Source: a virus (Duplodnaviria > Caudoviricetes). From it: a DNA stretch of 25,023 nucleotides. Shown here one piece after another: positions 1 to 9,458 of the stretch (positions are counted from its first letter, which is position 1; every line of letters begins with the position of its first letter). The notes under the pieces were generated by a model, which was given only the letters and a program-made list of their open reading frames with translations, was not told where the DNA came from and did not search any database. The DNA lies in IMG/VR virus record IMGVR_UViG_3300046468_000217, positions 1 through 25,023 of that record; one strand, written 5' to 3'. The translations under genes and the position numbers were made by a program.

Positions 1-1044
1 CAGTTGAATTTGTTGTTCTGTTTGTGCTTCTGGTTGCATTTCTGGCCAGTCACTATCCAATTTAAATATCATATTATTAGATACATATGACTTCTTTTCC
101 TGTCCACCATCATAAAAGTATAGAAGTGGCGGTGCCGTGTTTGCTAAAACCTGTACATTATATGCATTAATAAGTGAGTGTATACTGCTAAAACCTCTAG
201 GGTCTGCTCCTTGGAAATTCAGTGAACTAGCCCAAGTTGTAATTTTATCGTTGTCCCAATACTGCCCAACAATGTCCTTGTATGTTGAATCGTCTGTCCA
301 TATTCTTTCATATCTGGAACCATAGTTGTGATATTCTGTGTGTAATTGTAATTTAATGCTGTCACCAACTCCAGTAACCAAGTATGTGTTTAGCTCTATA
401 GAAGCATAACCACTCATTAACTTAATTAACATTCCGTTTTCTAATTCAAATGTCTTATTGTCATCTACAAATGTGTGGGCTGTTTTGCCGTTGACATCTG
501 TTAGTAGATCAGTAGTATATGTGCCTGTACCATTAGTGTTGTCACTTTCATATACTGGCATATCACTTACCCAATAATACGAATTATAGTTTACAAACTT
601 ATCATTATCAATTGGTGGTGCAAAACTATATGTCTGTGCATTGTAGGCACTATTATAACTGTAGTGATCAAAGTCTATACCCACACTATTTGCAATATCA
701 TCTGGTGTCAACATACTGTTGATTGTTGAATCTTCTAGTTTTGTTACAATACTTGGATCCAGTTGTCTGTTTCTGCGTACTGTTGTTTTACTTGCTTCCT
801 TTAGGTATACATCGCCTTGGTTAGCAACGCCGCCTTGACTACTACCAACATAAGCATCAATGTCTTCTAAACTGCCCTTGGAGATCATTTGATCCAGGGT
901 TGCATCCATCCATTTTTGATTTAATGGGGTGTCAAATACTGACGGTAAGTAGTCAGTTGCTTTGATCTTGTTTGTTTTATAAGTTCCAGATCGCTTTTTA
1001 TTTTCAGCAATTGTCTGTTTCTTGGATTCGTAGTTCTCGGACAT
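1..1044 (-). CDS. Large baseplate wedge/structural protein, N-terminal part (runs off window start)
   Basis: Not in the ORF track because it is truncated. ATG at 1044 lies 8 nt after the gp6-like stop and translates MSENYESKKQ...TDYLPSVFDTPLNQKWMDATLDQMISKG..., an LPxxFxTxxNxKxxxATLDQ start I associate with the large wedge proteins that follow gp6 in large myophages. Confidence 0.65.
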   Translation of the reverse strand, partial: MSENYESKKQTIAENKKRSGTYKTNKIKATDYLPSVFDTPLNQKWMDATLDQMISKGSLEDIDAYVGSSQGGVANQGDVYLKEASKTTVRRNRQLDPSIVTKLEDSTINSMLTPDDIANSVGIDFDHYSYNSAYNAQTYSFAPPIDNDKFVNYNSYYWVSDMPVYESDNTNGTGTYTTDLLTDVNGKTAHTFVDDNKTFELENGMLIKLMSGYASIELNTYLVTGVGDSIKLQLHTEYHNYGSRYERIWTDDSTYKDIVGQYWDNDKITTWASSLNFQGADPRGFSSIHSLINAYNVQVLANTAPPLLYFYDGGQEKKSYVSNNMIFKLDSDWPEMQPEAQTEQQIQL

Positions 1045-1052
1045 TTTAAACC

Positions 1053-4000
1053 TTAAGCTGCTCTAATATTACTTTGTGTGATATTATCTATAATATCAAT
1101 GTCTGTTGCCGACACATCAGGAATCAACAGTTCTCCTCCCAATGGTGTAATCTGGAAAAGATCTCCAAATACACTAGTAGACAATTGTGGTACAATAACA
1201 AAACTGCTAATAATACCTGCTAGTTCTTTATGTACATAAGCCGCCAGTTCAGTGAAGTAGAATGTTTCACCAAAGTCCCAATTGTCTATGTTAAAGAAGT
1301 TACCAATCTCTTCTACTACTTTATCTTTTATTTCATTATCAGTAAATCTTGTGCCTGGCACTTTGATAATTCTAAACTTTGCTTGTAGTGATGCATCTGC
1401 TTTGGCACCAAATAATACTTTGTAGTTTACTGGTCTGTAAACGATACTATCACTCATTGCCTTTTTACCTGTTTGCTGTGAGAAACTCTGCTTCAACTCA
1501 TCAATTGTAGGTGCTACAGGTTTTACTAGATCCTCTCTAGTATCCTTTAACCAGTTTCTATATGATGTGTCGTAGTAACGTGTTAACACAAAAACATCTA
1601 TTAGGTTTGTAAAACTAGGATCAACAACTTCATTGTCTGCAGGAACATGTGTCCACTCAAAACGTAGATTATCCTGTGCATTTCCATAAGCAGTACCAGT
1701 TCCTAGACCTTCACCTGTTGCTGTAAATGTTACACCAACAGTATTTGCACTAGCACCAAGGCCAGTAAAATCTGTTGTGCCTACTGTACTAATCGTGTAT
1801 GATCTACCAACTACAAATGCACCAGCAGTTTCTACAGTAATACTATTGAAGCTATCTGGATCATCTGGCCTGTCATCATTGTTGTTATCCACTAGACTTA
1901 GAATAATTTTGTTTTGGTTATATATTCCACTCTGGTCTCCCTGTGTGTCAAACTCATATCCGTATATGAAGAAGTCACTACTTGGAAATCCAGTTCTAGT
2001 TAAGTCTTGTAATTTAACTTTATCTCTTTGTTTCTTATTACTCTGTTCATTTAATTCAAATTCGTTAGTAATATTACTAAAGTCTATCTGAGAACTTTCC
2101 AGCGTATAACGTAACACTCTAGTTGTTATATCCCACTTGTCTGTTGCACTAGTCGAATCAAATGCAATATGTATTGTCCAGTTATTATCTAAACTACTAG
2201 CATCAACTGGATTGTAAGCAAAGGGAGTAGGGAAAGCCGTATCCACTGCACTAGGCAATGGATCTCTATCTATAATATCCCAACCTAAATTTAAGAAATC
2301 ATATTTTAGTGCAAACGTTTGTCTGTTACCCAAGAACTCAATAATGTTAGCTCTTTCAGTTGGATCAAACTGTCTTGTGTACGCTGGAATAATGTACATC
2401 ATCTTATAGCCGTTTGGAATTGTTGCATCAAGACTAATTGCACCAAAGTTTCTGTTTGCTGTTAGTCCTGTTGGGTTACCATCAGCACCATCAATACCCA
2501 ATCCACTTGCAAAAATCTTACTTACTTTTGCCCACTTAACTTTTCCACCTGCTGCAAGTAATCCAGTACCGGCATCCAATGCACTACCAAATTTAACAAG
2601 AGCACCTACTCTTAAATATTTTAAATAATTGTTTTGTGTTTTACCAGTACGTTTGATTACACTTTCATTGTCAGTAAAATATCCTGTGTTGGTAGTACCT
2701 GTTTGTTGCCAAGTAAACGGAAACTTTGAATCTCCATTTCTATAAATGGTATCCTCAATAGTATCAAATGTTCCTCTATACTCGCTGAAGTATAGATTAA
2801 TTAGTTCATCGTCTTGAATAATCTGTTTAAGCAATTGATCAAATACTGTACTAGGTGTCATGTCAGTTGCATATTTAACTTTAGTCTGCGTAGTCTTTGT
2901 TACTTTACCGTCAGTTGCAAATAAGTTTAGATTAGTATACGCACCAGTTGGATCATTAAGCGTTACGAAACGACTATGTCCACTGTGTGTTCTGTTGATA
3001 CTTTTAATTTTTCTAATGTTATCGCTCTGTGTATACAAATAACTATTGTAATCATCTGCCGTGATCATGCGGTCCTGTGTTGCATAAATGCGTGGCGCAT
3101 TTGTTTTTATATCGTCCAAACTTTCACTGCTACTAGCGTTGGTTACACTTTCTCTTAGTTGTACTGCAAGTACGGCTGTATAATTATTACCGTCTGCACC
3201 TGTATAGTCTATACTAATACGTTTTGTTCCAATGTCATCAGGTCTCAACACATATGTTTGGTTCTCACTTTTACGATACCATATACGAATTATTCCTGTT
3301 GGTGCATTACCAAAACTTTTATCAGCAAAGCATACACTAATTTTATTATCTTCTCTTGTCTTAACGCTGTAAATGTCTCTGATACCCTGGTTAATAAAAT
3401 TATAGTTTGCACTCTGTCCATAGATATTATCTACCTTAGTCCATTTTTTATTAACTGTTCCATCTGCATTTACTGTCTGTACCCAAACGTCCGTTGAGTT
3501 GATGTTAACTTCATCTATGTCCAGCGTCATTCCACTTAGTGATTCAGTAATATTAAAATCTTTAAATGTTAACTGTCCTTGTTTGAATCCCACAAAGAAA
3601 CCTGTGTGGTTACTACTGATACTTTGTCCATCATTTTTATATTGGATACTAAATGATCCACTTGGATCAGGTGTATTTTCAATCATTGTTTGCTGTGCTA
3701 TATCGTAATCCAAACCAACAGCATTAAATGATACACTTGAACCCTGTGCAAGTCCAGTAAATGTAAACACAATTTGATCTGCTACATTGTTTGTATTGTA
3801 GTATTGTGTAGCAATACCATTTTCTGTTACTTGTCTACGAGGACTACCGAATTGATTACTCTGTACAAACAGGGCATTCATTACTGTTGTAAAGTTATCT
3901 AGGTTGTCTGCTGTTGTTGTATTCTCAAAACGAATCTCTTCTCCACCAAGTGTTGTACCACTTGCGCCAATAACATTCTCGTTTGTTTTTATACTTGTAA

Positions 4001-4358
4001 CTTTTAACAAGCCAAAAGGTGTAACGTTTCGTCTAGGTTTGTATCCTAAAAACTCTGAGAGTTTAAAGACGCTGTCCTGTCTTTCTGCTGTACTTAAAAA
4101 GTTATTTCTGCTGTTTAGATCTACTCTAAATGCTAAGTTGTGTCCGAACTGTGCTATAACATCGAGGAGTGCAACAAATTCTGCACTTTCTACCCAATCA
4201 CTATAGCTTTCCGGATAATTATTTTGAATGTACTCAATCATTGAAGTACGGATAGTATCAAAATCATACGCTTGGAAGTTTGCGTTTACATAGGACTCAT
4301 AAACTGCTTTATAATCCTCTGCCGCAAATAACCTGCTTTGTCTTACCTGTTGTGCCAT
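1053..4358 (-). CDS. gp6: Baseplate wedge subunit, T4 gp6-like
   Basis: 1101 aa. N-terminal DFDTIR..MIEY..Y.D..ES.EF.ALLD.IA..G..L.FR.DLN...FL.TA.R.DSV.KL...LGY.P motif, later ESLDDIKTNAP..YATQDRMITADDY motif. Lies next to gp25. Confidence 0.85.
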   Translation of the reverse strand: MAQQVRQSRLFAAEDYKAVYESYVNANFQAYDFDTIRTSMIEYIQNNYPESYSDWVESAEFVALLDVIAQFGHNLAFRVDLNSRNNFLSTAERQDSVFKLSEFLGYKPRRNVTPFGLLKVTSIKTNENVIGASGTTLGGEEIRFENTTTADNLDNFTTVMNALFVQSNQFGSPRRQVTENGIATQYYNTNNVADQIVFTFTGLAQGSSVSFNAVGLDYDIAQQTMIENTPDPSGSFSIQYKNDGQSISSNHTGFFVGFKQGQLTFKDFNITESLSGMTLDIDEVNINSTDVWVQTVNADGTVNKKWTKVDNIYGQSANYNFINQGIRDIYSVKTREDNKISVCFADKSFGNAPTGIIRIWYRKSENQTYVLRPDDIGTKRISIDYTGADGNNYTAVLAVQLRESVTNASSSESLDDIKTNAPRIYATQDRMITADDYNSYLYTQSDNIRKIKSINRTHSGHSRFVTLNDPTGAYTNLNLFATDGKVTKTTQTKVKYATDMTPSTVFDQLLKQIIQDDELINLYFSEYRGTFDTIEDTIYRNGDSKFPFTWQQTGTTNTGYFTDNESVIKRTGKTQNNYLKYLRVGALVKFGSALDAGTGLLAAGGKVKWAKVSKIFASGLGIDGADGNPTGLTANRNFGAISLDATIPNGYKMMYIIPAYTRQFDPTERANIIEFLGNRQTFALKYDFLNLGWDIIDRDPLPSAVDTAFPTPFAYNPVDASSLDNNWTIHIAFDSTSATDKWDITTRVLRYTLESSQIDFSNITNEFELNEQSNKKQRDKVKLQDLTRTGFPSSDFFIYGYEFDTQGDQSGIYNQNKIILSLVDNNNDDRPDDPDSFNSITVETAGAFVVGRSYTISTVGTTDFTGLGASANTVGVTFTATGEGLGTGTAYGNAQDNLRFEWTHVPADNEVVDPSFTNLIDVFVLTRYYDTSYRNWLKDTREDLVKPVAPTIDELKQSFSQQTGKKAMSDSIVYRPVNYKVLFGAKADASLQAKFRIIKVPGTRFTDNEIKDKVVEEIGNFFNIDNWDFGETFYFTELAAYVHKELAGIISSFVIVPQLSTSVFGDLFQITPLGGELLIPDVSATDIDIIDNITQSNIRAA

Positions 4359-4360
4359 TA

Positions 4361-4750
4361 TTAAAACTCTGCCTCTGCAAATTCTCTATCGAACTTCAAT
4401 TGTAATACTGTCTCTGTCGTAGTAGGCAAATATAACAATTGTATACTAATTGTAATTGAACTAGTATCTTCTTCCACTCTAACATTCTTAGTCATTAGAC
4501 TGAATCTAGGATCGTAAGTAACTACGTCATTTACGTCTTGTTCAATTAACTCTATTGTATTTTCATCCAATGGTTGAAATACATAAAAAGGCAACATGCT
4601 ACCAAATGAGGGTTGACTCCATTTTTCGCCCTTACGGATTTTAAAATGGTTGTCAAGGTCCTGTTTTGCTAGGTCCAGCTTAGTCATTTGCTTCGCTGAT
4701 CTTATCTGACCTCTTGTTGTATATCCTATACCTGTGTTGTAATTGTTCAT
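4361..4750 (-). CDS. gp25: Baseplate wedge subunit, gp25/GPW family
   Basis: 129 aa with DL..QDL.NHF..RKGEK...P.FGS.L...F.PLD and YDPR motifs; directly upstream of gp6-like. Confidence 0.88.
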   Translation of the reverse strand: MNNYNTGIGYTTRGQIRSAKQMTKLDLAKQDLDNHFKIRKGEKWSQPSFGSMLPFYVFQPLDENTIELIEQDVNDVVTYDPRFSLMTKNVRVEEDTSSITISIQLLYLPTTTETVLQLKFDREFAEAEF

Positions 4751-4755
4751 ACTAA

Positions 4756-4763
4756 TATTTAGC
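4756..4763 (-). promoter_or_regulatory. Putative T4-type late promoter (GCTAAATA)
   Basis: Minus-strand GCTAAATA 5 nt upstream of the gp25 ATG; variant of the T4 late consensus TATAAATA. The same octamer occurs at 11160 and 23141. Confidence 0.6.
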
Positions 4764-4787
4764 TGAAAAAAACCGACGTTTCTAATT

Positions 4788-5342
4788 CTATACAGTTATA
4801 ACTAAACTTTTATCAACAGATACTAGTTCTTCAGGCCAAAACAGGAAATCACGCCAGGATTCGTCCGGAATATACAATGTAAACAGTCTTGCGTTACGAT
4901 TTATTTCATGATAGCTGGGTTGGTATGGTATTGAGATGGGTTGGATTAGTTTGTTGGACTTTGAACTGTTACATGGTTTACATGCACTAGCACAATTTTT
5001 CCATGATGTTCTGCCTCCGTGGCTTTTTGGGATAACGTGATCTATTGTTAAATCTGCTTGCCGGTGTTTTGTGCCACAGTACTGACAAGTATAGTTATCT
5101 CTTATAAACATGTTTCGCCTGGTAAATTTTGCTCTCGTTGGTAGCTTATGATAACGATTAAGCATTACAATACTTGGCATTGGCATCACAAAGTTTTCAC
5201 TATGTAAGGGTTTATCCTCATAGCTCTTTACAATTTTTATCTTATCGGAAAAATATGCTTTCACGGCACTCTGCCAACTGATTGTGCTTAGTGGCAACAG
5301 GCTTAACGGCTGTGCATCTGCATTAAGTAATAGTACACTCAT
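4788..5342 (-). CDS. HNH endonuclease (McrA-like, VLLLNA.. family)
   Basis: RDNYTCQYCG...LTIDHVIPKSHGGRTSWKNCASACKPCNSSK: Zn-binding CxxC pairs plus HNH core; N-terminal VLLLNADAQPL. Confidence 0.92.
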   Translation of the reverse strand: MSVLLLNADAQPLSLLPLSTISWQSAVKAYFSDKIKIVKSYEDKPLHSENFVMPMPSIVMLNRYHKLPTRAKFTRRNMFIRDNYTCQYCGTKHRQADLTIDHVIPKSHGGRTSWKNCASACKPCNSSKSNKLIQPISIPYQPSYHEINRNARLFTLYIPDESWRDFLFWPEELVSVDKSLVITV

Positions 5343-5347
5343 GCGAA

Positions 5348-5355
5348 TATTTATG
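5348..5355 (-). promoter_or_regulatory. Putative late promoter (CATAAATA) for the HNH gene
   Basis: Minus-strand CATAAATA overlaps the upstream stop codon and ends 5 nt before the HNH ATG, the same spacing as at gp25. Confidence 0.5.
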
Positions 5356-6082
5356 TAGACAGATTTGCTAGGTTTACGATTTGCCTTTTTCTAGACTGTG
5401 TCATCTTGGGCAGGAATCTATTTGTTTCTTTATAGTATACATACTCAGCTTGGTTTAGAGATTTAGTTGTTTCAAATCCATTAGGGTATAGTGTTCTAAT
5501 ATTTTGTAGTCCTTGTGCTTTAAGTAGTGATCTTGATTTGACACTACCATAATCAGCTAACATCATAATCTTTGCTTCACCCTGGCGTACTATTCTTTGA
5601 TTACCACTTAGAACTAGAGCCGTTGCAACCCATTGCCATTGTTCATTGACAATATAATTGTTTATCTTAAACTGTCTATCCGGTGTTCCTGTTTTTGATA
5701 TATCATTAGTAAAATAGAATAGACTAAACAGAGCATCATAATTTGTTTGACTTATAAGTGATAGAGGTACAATCTTTTTAAATGCTCTCTCTTTATTTTT
5801 TAAGTCTTCAATAAAGAAACTATAGGCCTCTGATTCTGTTAATCCATTGCTGTCATTGCCATTTGAAAATCCATAACCAATAACTGGTAAACTGTTTACT
5901 GTATACACAAAGGGAGACCATGATTTTTGTTTAAGTATAAAACTTATAACACCAGTACTTGCTTCCAGATCTGTCAGCGGGATTTTTGTATCTGTCATTT
6001 CACTGTTTAAATTTGTAAACAAATCAAACTCCACCAGATCGTTTTCTGATATTGTGTTTGATAATGTATAAGTTCTTGGCAT
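5351..6082 (-). CDS. Lysozyme-fold (GH24-like) baseplate-associated protein, probably degenerate
   Basis: IGYG, T..EA...F..DL...E, SQ..YDAL.SL.Y and R..EA motifs of phage lysozymes; immediately follows the gp5-like gene. The catalytic E/D/T triad is not evident. Confidence 0.6.
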   Translation of the reverse strand: MPRTYTLSNTISENDLVEFDLFTNLNSEMTDTKIPLTDLEASTGVISFILKQKSWSPFVYTVNSLPVIGYGFSNGNDSNGLTESEAYSFFIEDLKNKERAFKKIVPLSLISQTNYDALFSLFYFTNDISKTGTPDRQFKINNYIVNEQWQWVATALVLSGNQRIVRQGEAKIMMLADYGSVKSRSLLKAQGLQNIRTLYPNGFETTKSLNQAEYVYYKETNRFLPKMTQSRKRQIVNLANLST

Positions 6083-6083
6083 C

Positions 6084-7295
6084 TTAAGTATTACCCTCTG
6101 AATTTCTAAACTTTTCTTCTTGTTTGTTTACACCCTTCCACGGATGATGTTCCGGAACTCTGCTTGCCGCACTTGACAATACATTCTTGTTCTCAACTAA
6201 TTGGTTAGTAATAATTCTACTAGGCAATGTAGGAGTAGGACCGTTCATATCAATTCTGGCCGCTTGTTCCATATAGTTACCTGCAACAGTTACATTACCA
6301 TTAAGTGCCGCCTGCACATTCATATTGGCCGCTGTGAATAAATTATAATCTCCAGTAGTTGCTTCAAGGTTAAGGCCTTCAGTTCCTGTTGATCTAATGT
6401 TTACACCCATATCACTTTCAATATTAACATTGCCTTTTGCATGTATATTAAAGTCTTCTTCACTGTGAATACTAACACTTGTTTCACTATACACATCAAT
6501 TCTTCCATCAGCGTCCATTTCAACCCAAGCATTACCTTTGTGGTTGGTTATAAACATAAATTCGTTTGTATCATCTATTAGTATTTGAGCGCCACCTCTA
6601 GTTCTGAAACGCATGTTTGTACTTTTGCCTTCAATATCACCATCATCCATTGATATAACATGTCCACCTCGTGTCGTAATACCAAATACTCTACTGGGTG
6701 ATTCTCTTCTAGCACTACTGTTTGAATGTCCTCTACTAAAATCTTCAGTCAATCCTTGTGTAGTTAGTGTTTGTAACTGTTTACTATCAATTGGTTTTTT
6801 ATCTGGATCTGTCTTATCATATGGATTCTTCTCACCAACTGGTGCTAGTTTTCCATCAGGCTGGCCTTCTGAACTTGCTCTGCCTCCCAACATATGATTT
6901 CTATCTTTTGAAATAAAACTTCCCATTAGAAAGCCTTCTTCTCTACTGGTTGTAAATGCAATCAATACTTCTGTGCCAACAGCAGGAGGTTGTGGCCACA
7001 TACCATAACTTTTTGGAGTGCCGTTCTCACCGCCCTCTTCAGTACCATATTTTGTAGGATCAAAACTTCCTTCTAATGCTTCTGTTGTTCCACCAAATGG
7101 AGATACCAACAGTACAATTCTAGGAGCACTCGTACTTCCAAACTCTGGAATCTGTACTTCAATTCTACCTGAGTATAGACTGTCTTTATTTTTAACTACG
7201 TTACCAACATATAAACCATTAATATTATTGATACCACTGCCGCCACCTTGTTTAACTCTATCAGGTACTCTTGTGCCATCAGTTCTAACTAACAT
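6084..7295 (-). CDS. gp5: Baseplate central spike, gp5/VgrG-like (OB fold plus beta-helix)
   Basis: G.V..N.D....GRI.V.IP OB-fold start, SYGMWPQPP.VG..VL..F, SSARRESPS.VFGI.T.GGH..SMDDG, repeated short beta-strand units, C-terminal RVPEHHPW. Confidence 0.75.
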   Translation of the reverse strand: MLVRTDGTRVPDRVKQGGGSGINNINGLYVGNVVKNKDSLYSGRIEVQIPEFGSTSAPRIVLLVSPFGGTTEALEGSFDPTKYGTEEGGENGTPKSYGMWPQPPAVGTEVLIAFTTSREEGFLMGSFISKDRNHMLGGRASSEGQPDGKLAPVGEKNPYDKTDPDKKPIDSKQLQTLTTQGLTEDFSRGHSNSSARRESPSRVFGITTRGGHVISMDDGDIEGKSTNMRFRTRGGAQILIDDTNEFMFITNHKGNAWVEMDADGRIDVYSETSVSIHSEEDFNIHAKGNVNIESDMGVNIRSTGTEGLNLEATTGDYNLFTAANMNVQAALNGNVTVAGNYMEQAARIDMNGPTPTLPSRIITNQLVENKNVLSSAASRVPEHHPWKGVNKQEEKFRNSEGNT

Positions 7296-9169
7296 TATCT
7301 AACCTCCATTTCGTTCACTAGTAATACTGTACTTACATTTCTATTTCTATACGCAGTTAGTGTCTGATCAAATTTTCCTTGGCTCATTGATGTTTCAATC
7401 TTTCTAATTTCATATACGCCACTGGCCGCTATGTCTATTTCTCCACCCACACTTGCTTCAGGGTCAGTCATAGCTTCGTCTGGTAAATGGTTTAGAAATA
7501 ACACTAGACTATCTGTATTTAGATAGTTAGCTGATGTTACAACCGCATCATTTGTATATACGCCAGGCGTACCCATCCAAAATGGATCACCTTTAATTTT
7601 AAACTTAACTTGGATATAGTCTGTGTTTCTACTTCTAAATTCTAAATCAGCCAGTGCATCTATTGTGTCAATAGCACCCGGGCCTTTTGATTCGTTTACT
7701 TGTTGACTATCAGGACTTGCAACAGCATAAGCATATGCAATACGTTCCATGAATCCCTGATGTGAACCATCCACTTCACTTAATGAAGTTGCGTATGCAC
7801 CGCCGGCAGCCTTGGGGACTGTAATTGGCGTTGGGTTAGTGGGTACATGGGATTGCTTAATTTCTGGGTATGCCATACCATTTGCAGGATCCTTTGCCAT
7901 GAAAAATGCATTGTCAATCATTAAGTCAAAATTTTGTATCTCTGTATTCATTCCGTTATACAAGTAATCATACTTTTTTGTAATAGGCAAACTTTCAAAT
8001 AGAGTACGTTGGAATGATCTATCATTCTGTTTTTCTTTTTGCTTTGCTGGATCGTTTTGTGGTATGCTATAAGTTATATCCAAGTCAACTATTAGTTCTA
8101 TTTCCATTTCACTTGTGTCAGTAAATTCATCTGTGCCATCACCAAACGTAACCTTAGGAGTTACACTAATTACTGTTCGCTTGACACCGTCTGTTCTTTC
8201 CAATGCGTTTAGTTCTCCTAGTGCAGGAACGTTTGAAGTTAAGAACTTTCTAAGATAACTTATTAAGTTGGTTTCACTATTGATGTTTGCATTGATTGTG
8301 TCTTTATTATCTGTATTTCTATTCTGTCCGCCAGCCGTTTCGGCATTACTTGTACCAGCAATAGGTTTTGAACCTAGATCAAAACTTTCCGTTACTTGTG
8401 CTTTACCATATGAATTGGGTCCAGGACCATTGCTTGGTACTACCTTACCAACTGTCGTTGTAGCATTAGGACCTAGTGTTATCTTCCAGGTATGCTTACT
8501 GACTGGATCCTTATTCTCTGGTGACTTTCTGTATTCTATTTCTGATTCATTTAGTTTTGCTTCCAGTAGTTTTAGGTATTGTTTTACTGTGCTTGCGCCT
8601 TCCACAACAATATCTGTTTTTACTTTGGATAACGCAATTGCTGTCTTTGGAGAGTTATGTGCAATAATATTATGCTGTGTTCCGCTCTCATTGATTGAAC
8701 TTTGAATCTGCTTAAAAATTAGACTGTAAAAGAATTGTCCACCATATTTTAAATTCTCTTTTGTTTCTGGATCTACTCCTTGATATTCCACTTTTAGAAC
8801 ATACTTAGCACTCTGAAGTGTTATAAAGTTAAAGGGTCTACTGTATTGTAATACTCTGTTTAAAAGTTTAAATCCCAATATCTCATACAAATTGAATTGA
8901 AATACACCACTGACTGTATTACCACTTGTGCTACCCGGGGTAACATAACTTATAATACTTAGGTTGTCAAGAGCGTATGTAGACGTTGCTCCACTTTCTG
9001 CAATTACAACCGCAAGTGGTTGTCCTGTACTGTCTCTAGGAACTTCAAGACTCGCTAGAGTATTTGGATTATTCCAGACACTAGGATGCACCAAGTATAA
9101 TGTTAACTTGTATGTCGGACTGTCAACTGTTGACATCCAATTGGGTGTGATTTTTACTTGTGTTGCCAT
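7295..9169 (-). CDS. Baseplate hub protein (gp27/gpD-like), putative
   Basis: 624 aa between the gp53-like and gp5-like genes; C-terminal IKGDPFW...SGVYEI..IE...SQGKF.QTL...R resembles hub proteins. Confidence 0.55.
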   Translation of the reverse strand: MATQVKITPNWMSTVDSPTYKLTLYLVHPSVWNNPNTLASLEVPRDSTGQPLAVVIAESGATSTYALDNLSIISYVTPGSTSGNTVSGVFQFNLYEILGFKLLNRVLQYSRPFNFITLQSAKYVLKVEYQGVDPETKENLKYGGQFFYSLIFKQIQSSINESGTQHNIIAHNSPKTAIALSKVKTDIVVEGASTVKQYLKLLEAKLNESEIEYRKSPENKDPVSKHTWKITLGPNATTTVGKVVPSNGPGPNSYGKAQVTESFDLGSKPIAGTSNAETAGGQNRNTDNKDTINANINSETNLISYLRKFLTSNVPALGELNALERTDGVKRTVISVTPKVTFGDGTDEFTDTSEMEIELIVDLDITYSIPQNDPAKQKEKQNDRSFQRTLFESLPITKKYDYLYNGMNTEIQNFDLMIDNAFFMAKDPANGMAYPEIKQSHVPTNPTPITVPKAAGGAYATSLSEVDGSHQGFMERIAYAYAVASPDSQQVNESKGPGAIDTIDALADLEFRSRNTDYIQVKFKIKGDPFWMGTPGVYTNDAVVTSANYLNTDSLVLFLNHLPDEAMTDPEASVGGEIDIAASGVYEIRKIETSMSQGKFDQTLTAYRNRNVSTVLLVNEMEVR

Positions 9170-9170
9170 A

Positions 9171-9458
9171 TTATGTAAAGTTCGTAGGTATTTGGATCTC
9201 TAAACCCGAAACAAAATCCACTATTGGATCTTTTAGTGTATCAGGATTGAACTCTGCGAATACCCACCATAATCTTGCGTTTCCATAAAGTTCATGTGCA
9301 AGTTTATCAGGTTTGTTCTCGTATGCAGATGTAATGGTAAACGGTTCCACTAACATTTCAGATTTGTTGCTGATGCTACTGTCCATGATATCTAAGTAGC
9401 CACCATTTACAAGTTTTGTAGTTCTATACATACTGTCTGTTCTATATTTTGTGGGCAT
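9171..9458 (-). CDS. Baseplate wedge LysM-like protein (gp53/gpX-like)
   Basis: 95 aa with PDKLAHELYGNARLWWVFA..N...DPI.DF..G..I.IP motif. Confidence 0.8.
   Translation of the reverse strand: MPTKYRTDSMYRTTKLVNGGYLDIMDSSISNKSEMLVEPFTITSAYENKPDKLAHELYGNARLWWVFAEFNPDTLKDPIVDFVSGLEIQIPTNFT

Noticed and set aside
137-325. Plus-strand 62-aa ORF, and the other short ORFs antisense to long genes throughout the window (e.g. 1777-4206, 6613-9908, 11298-14778, 18180-22892)
   Set aside because: Shadow ORFs opposite well-supported genes, with no RBS or recognisable motifs.
4764-4787. Intrinsic terminator after the HNH gene (GAAACGTCGGTTTTTTT on minus)
   Set aside because: A T-tract is present but no convincing GC stem precedes it.
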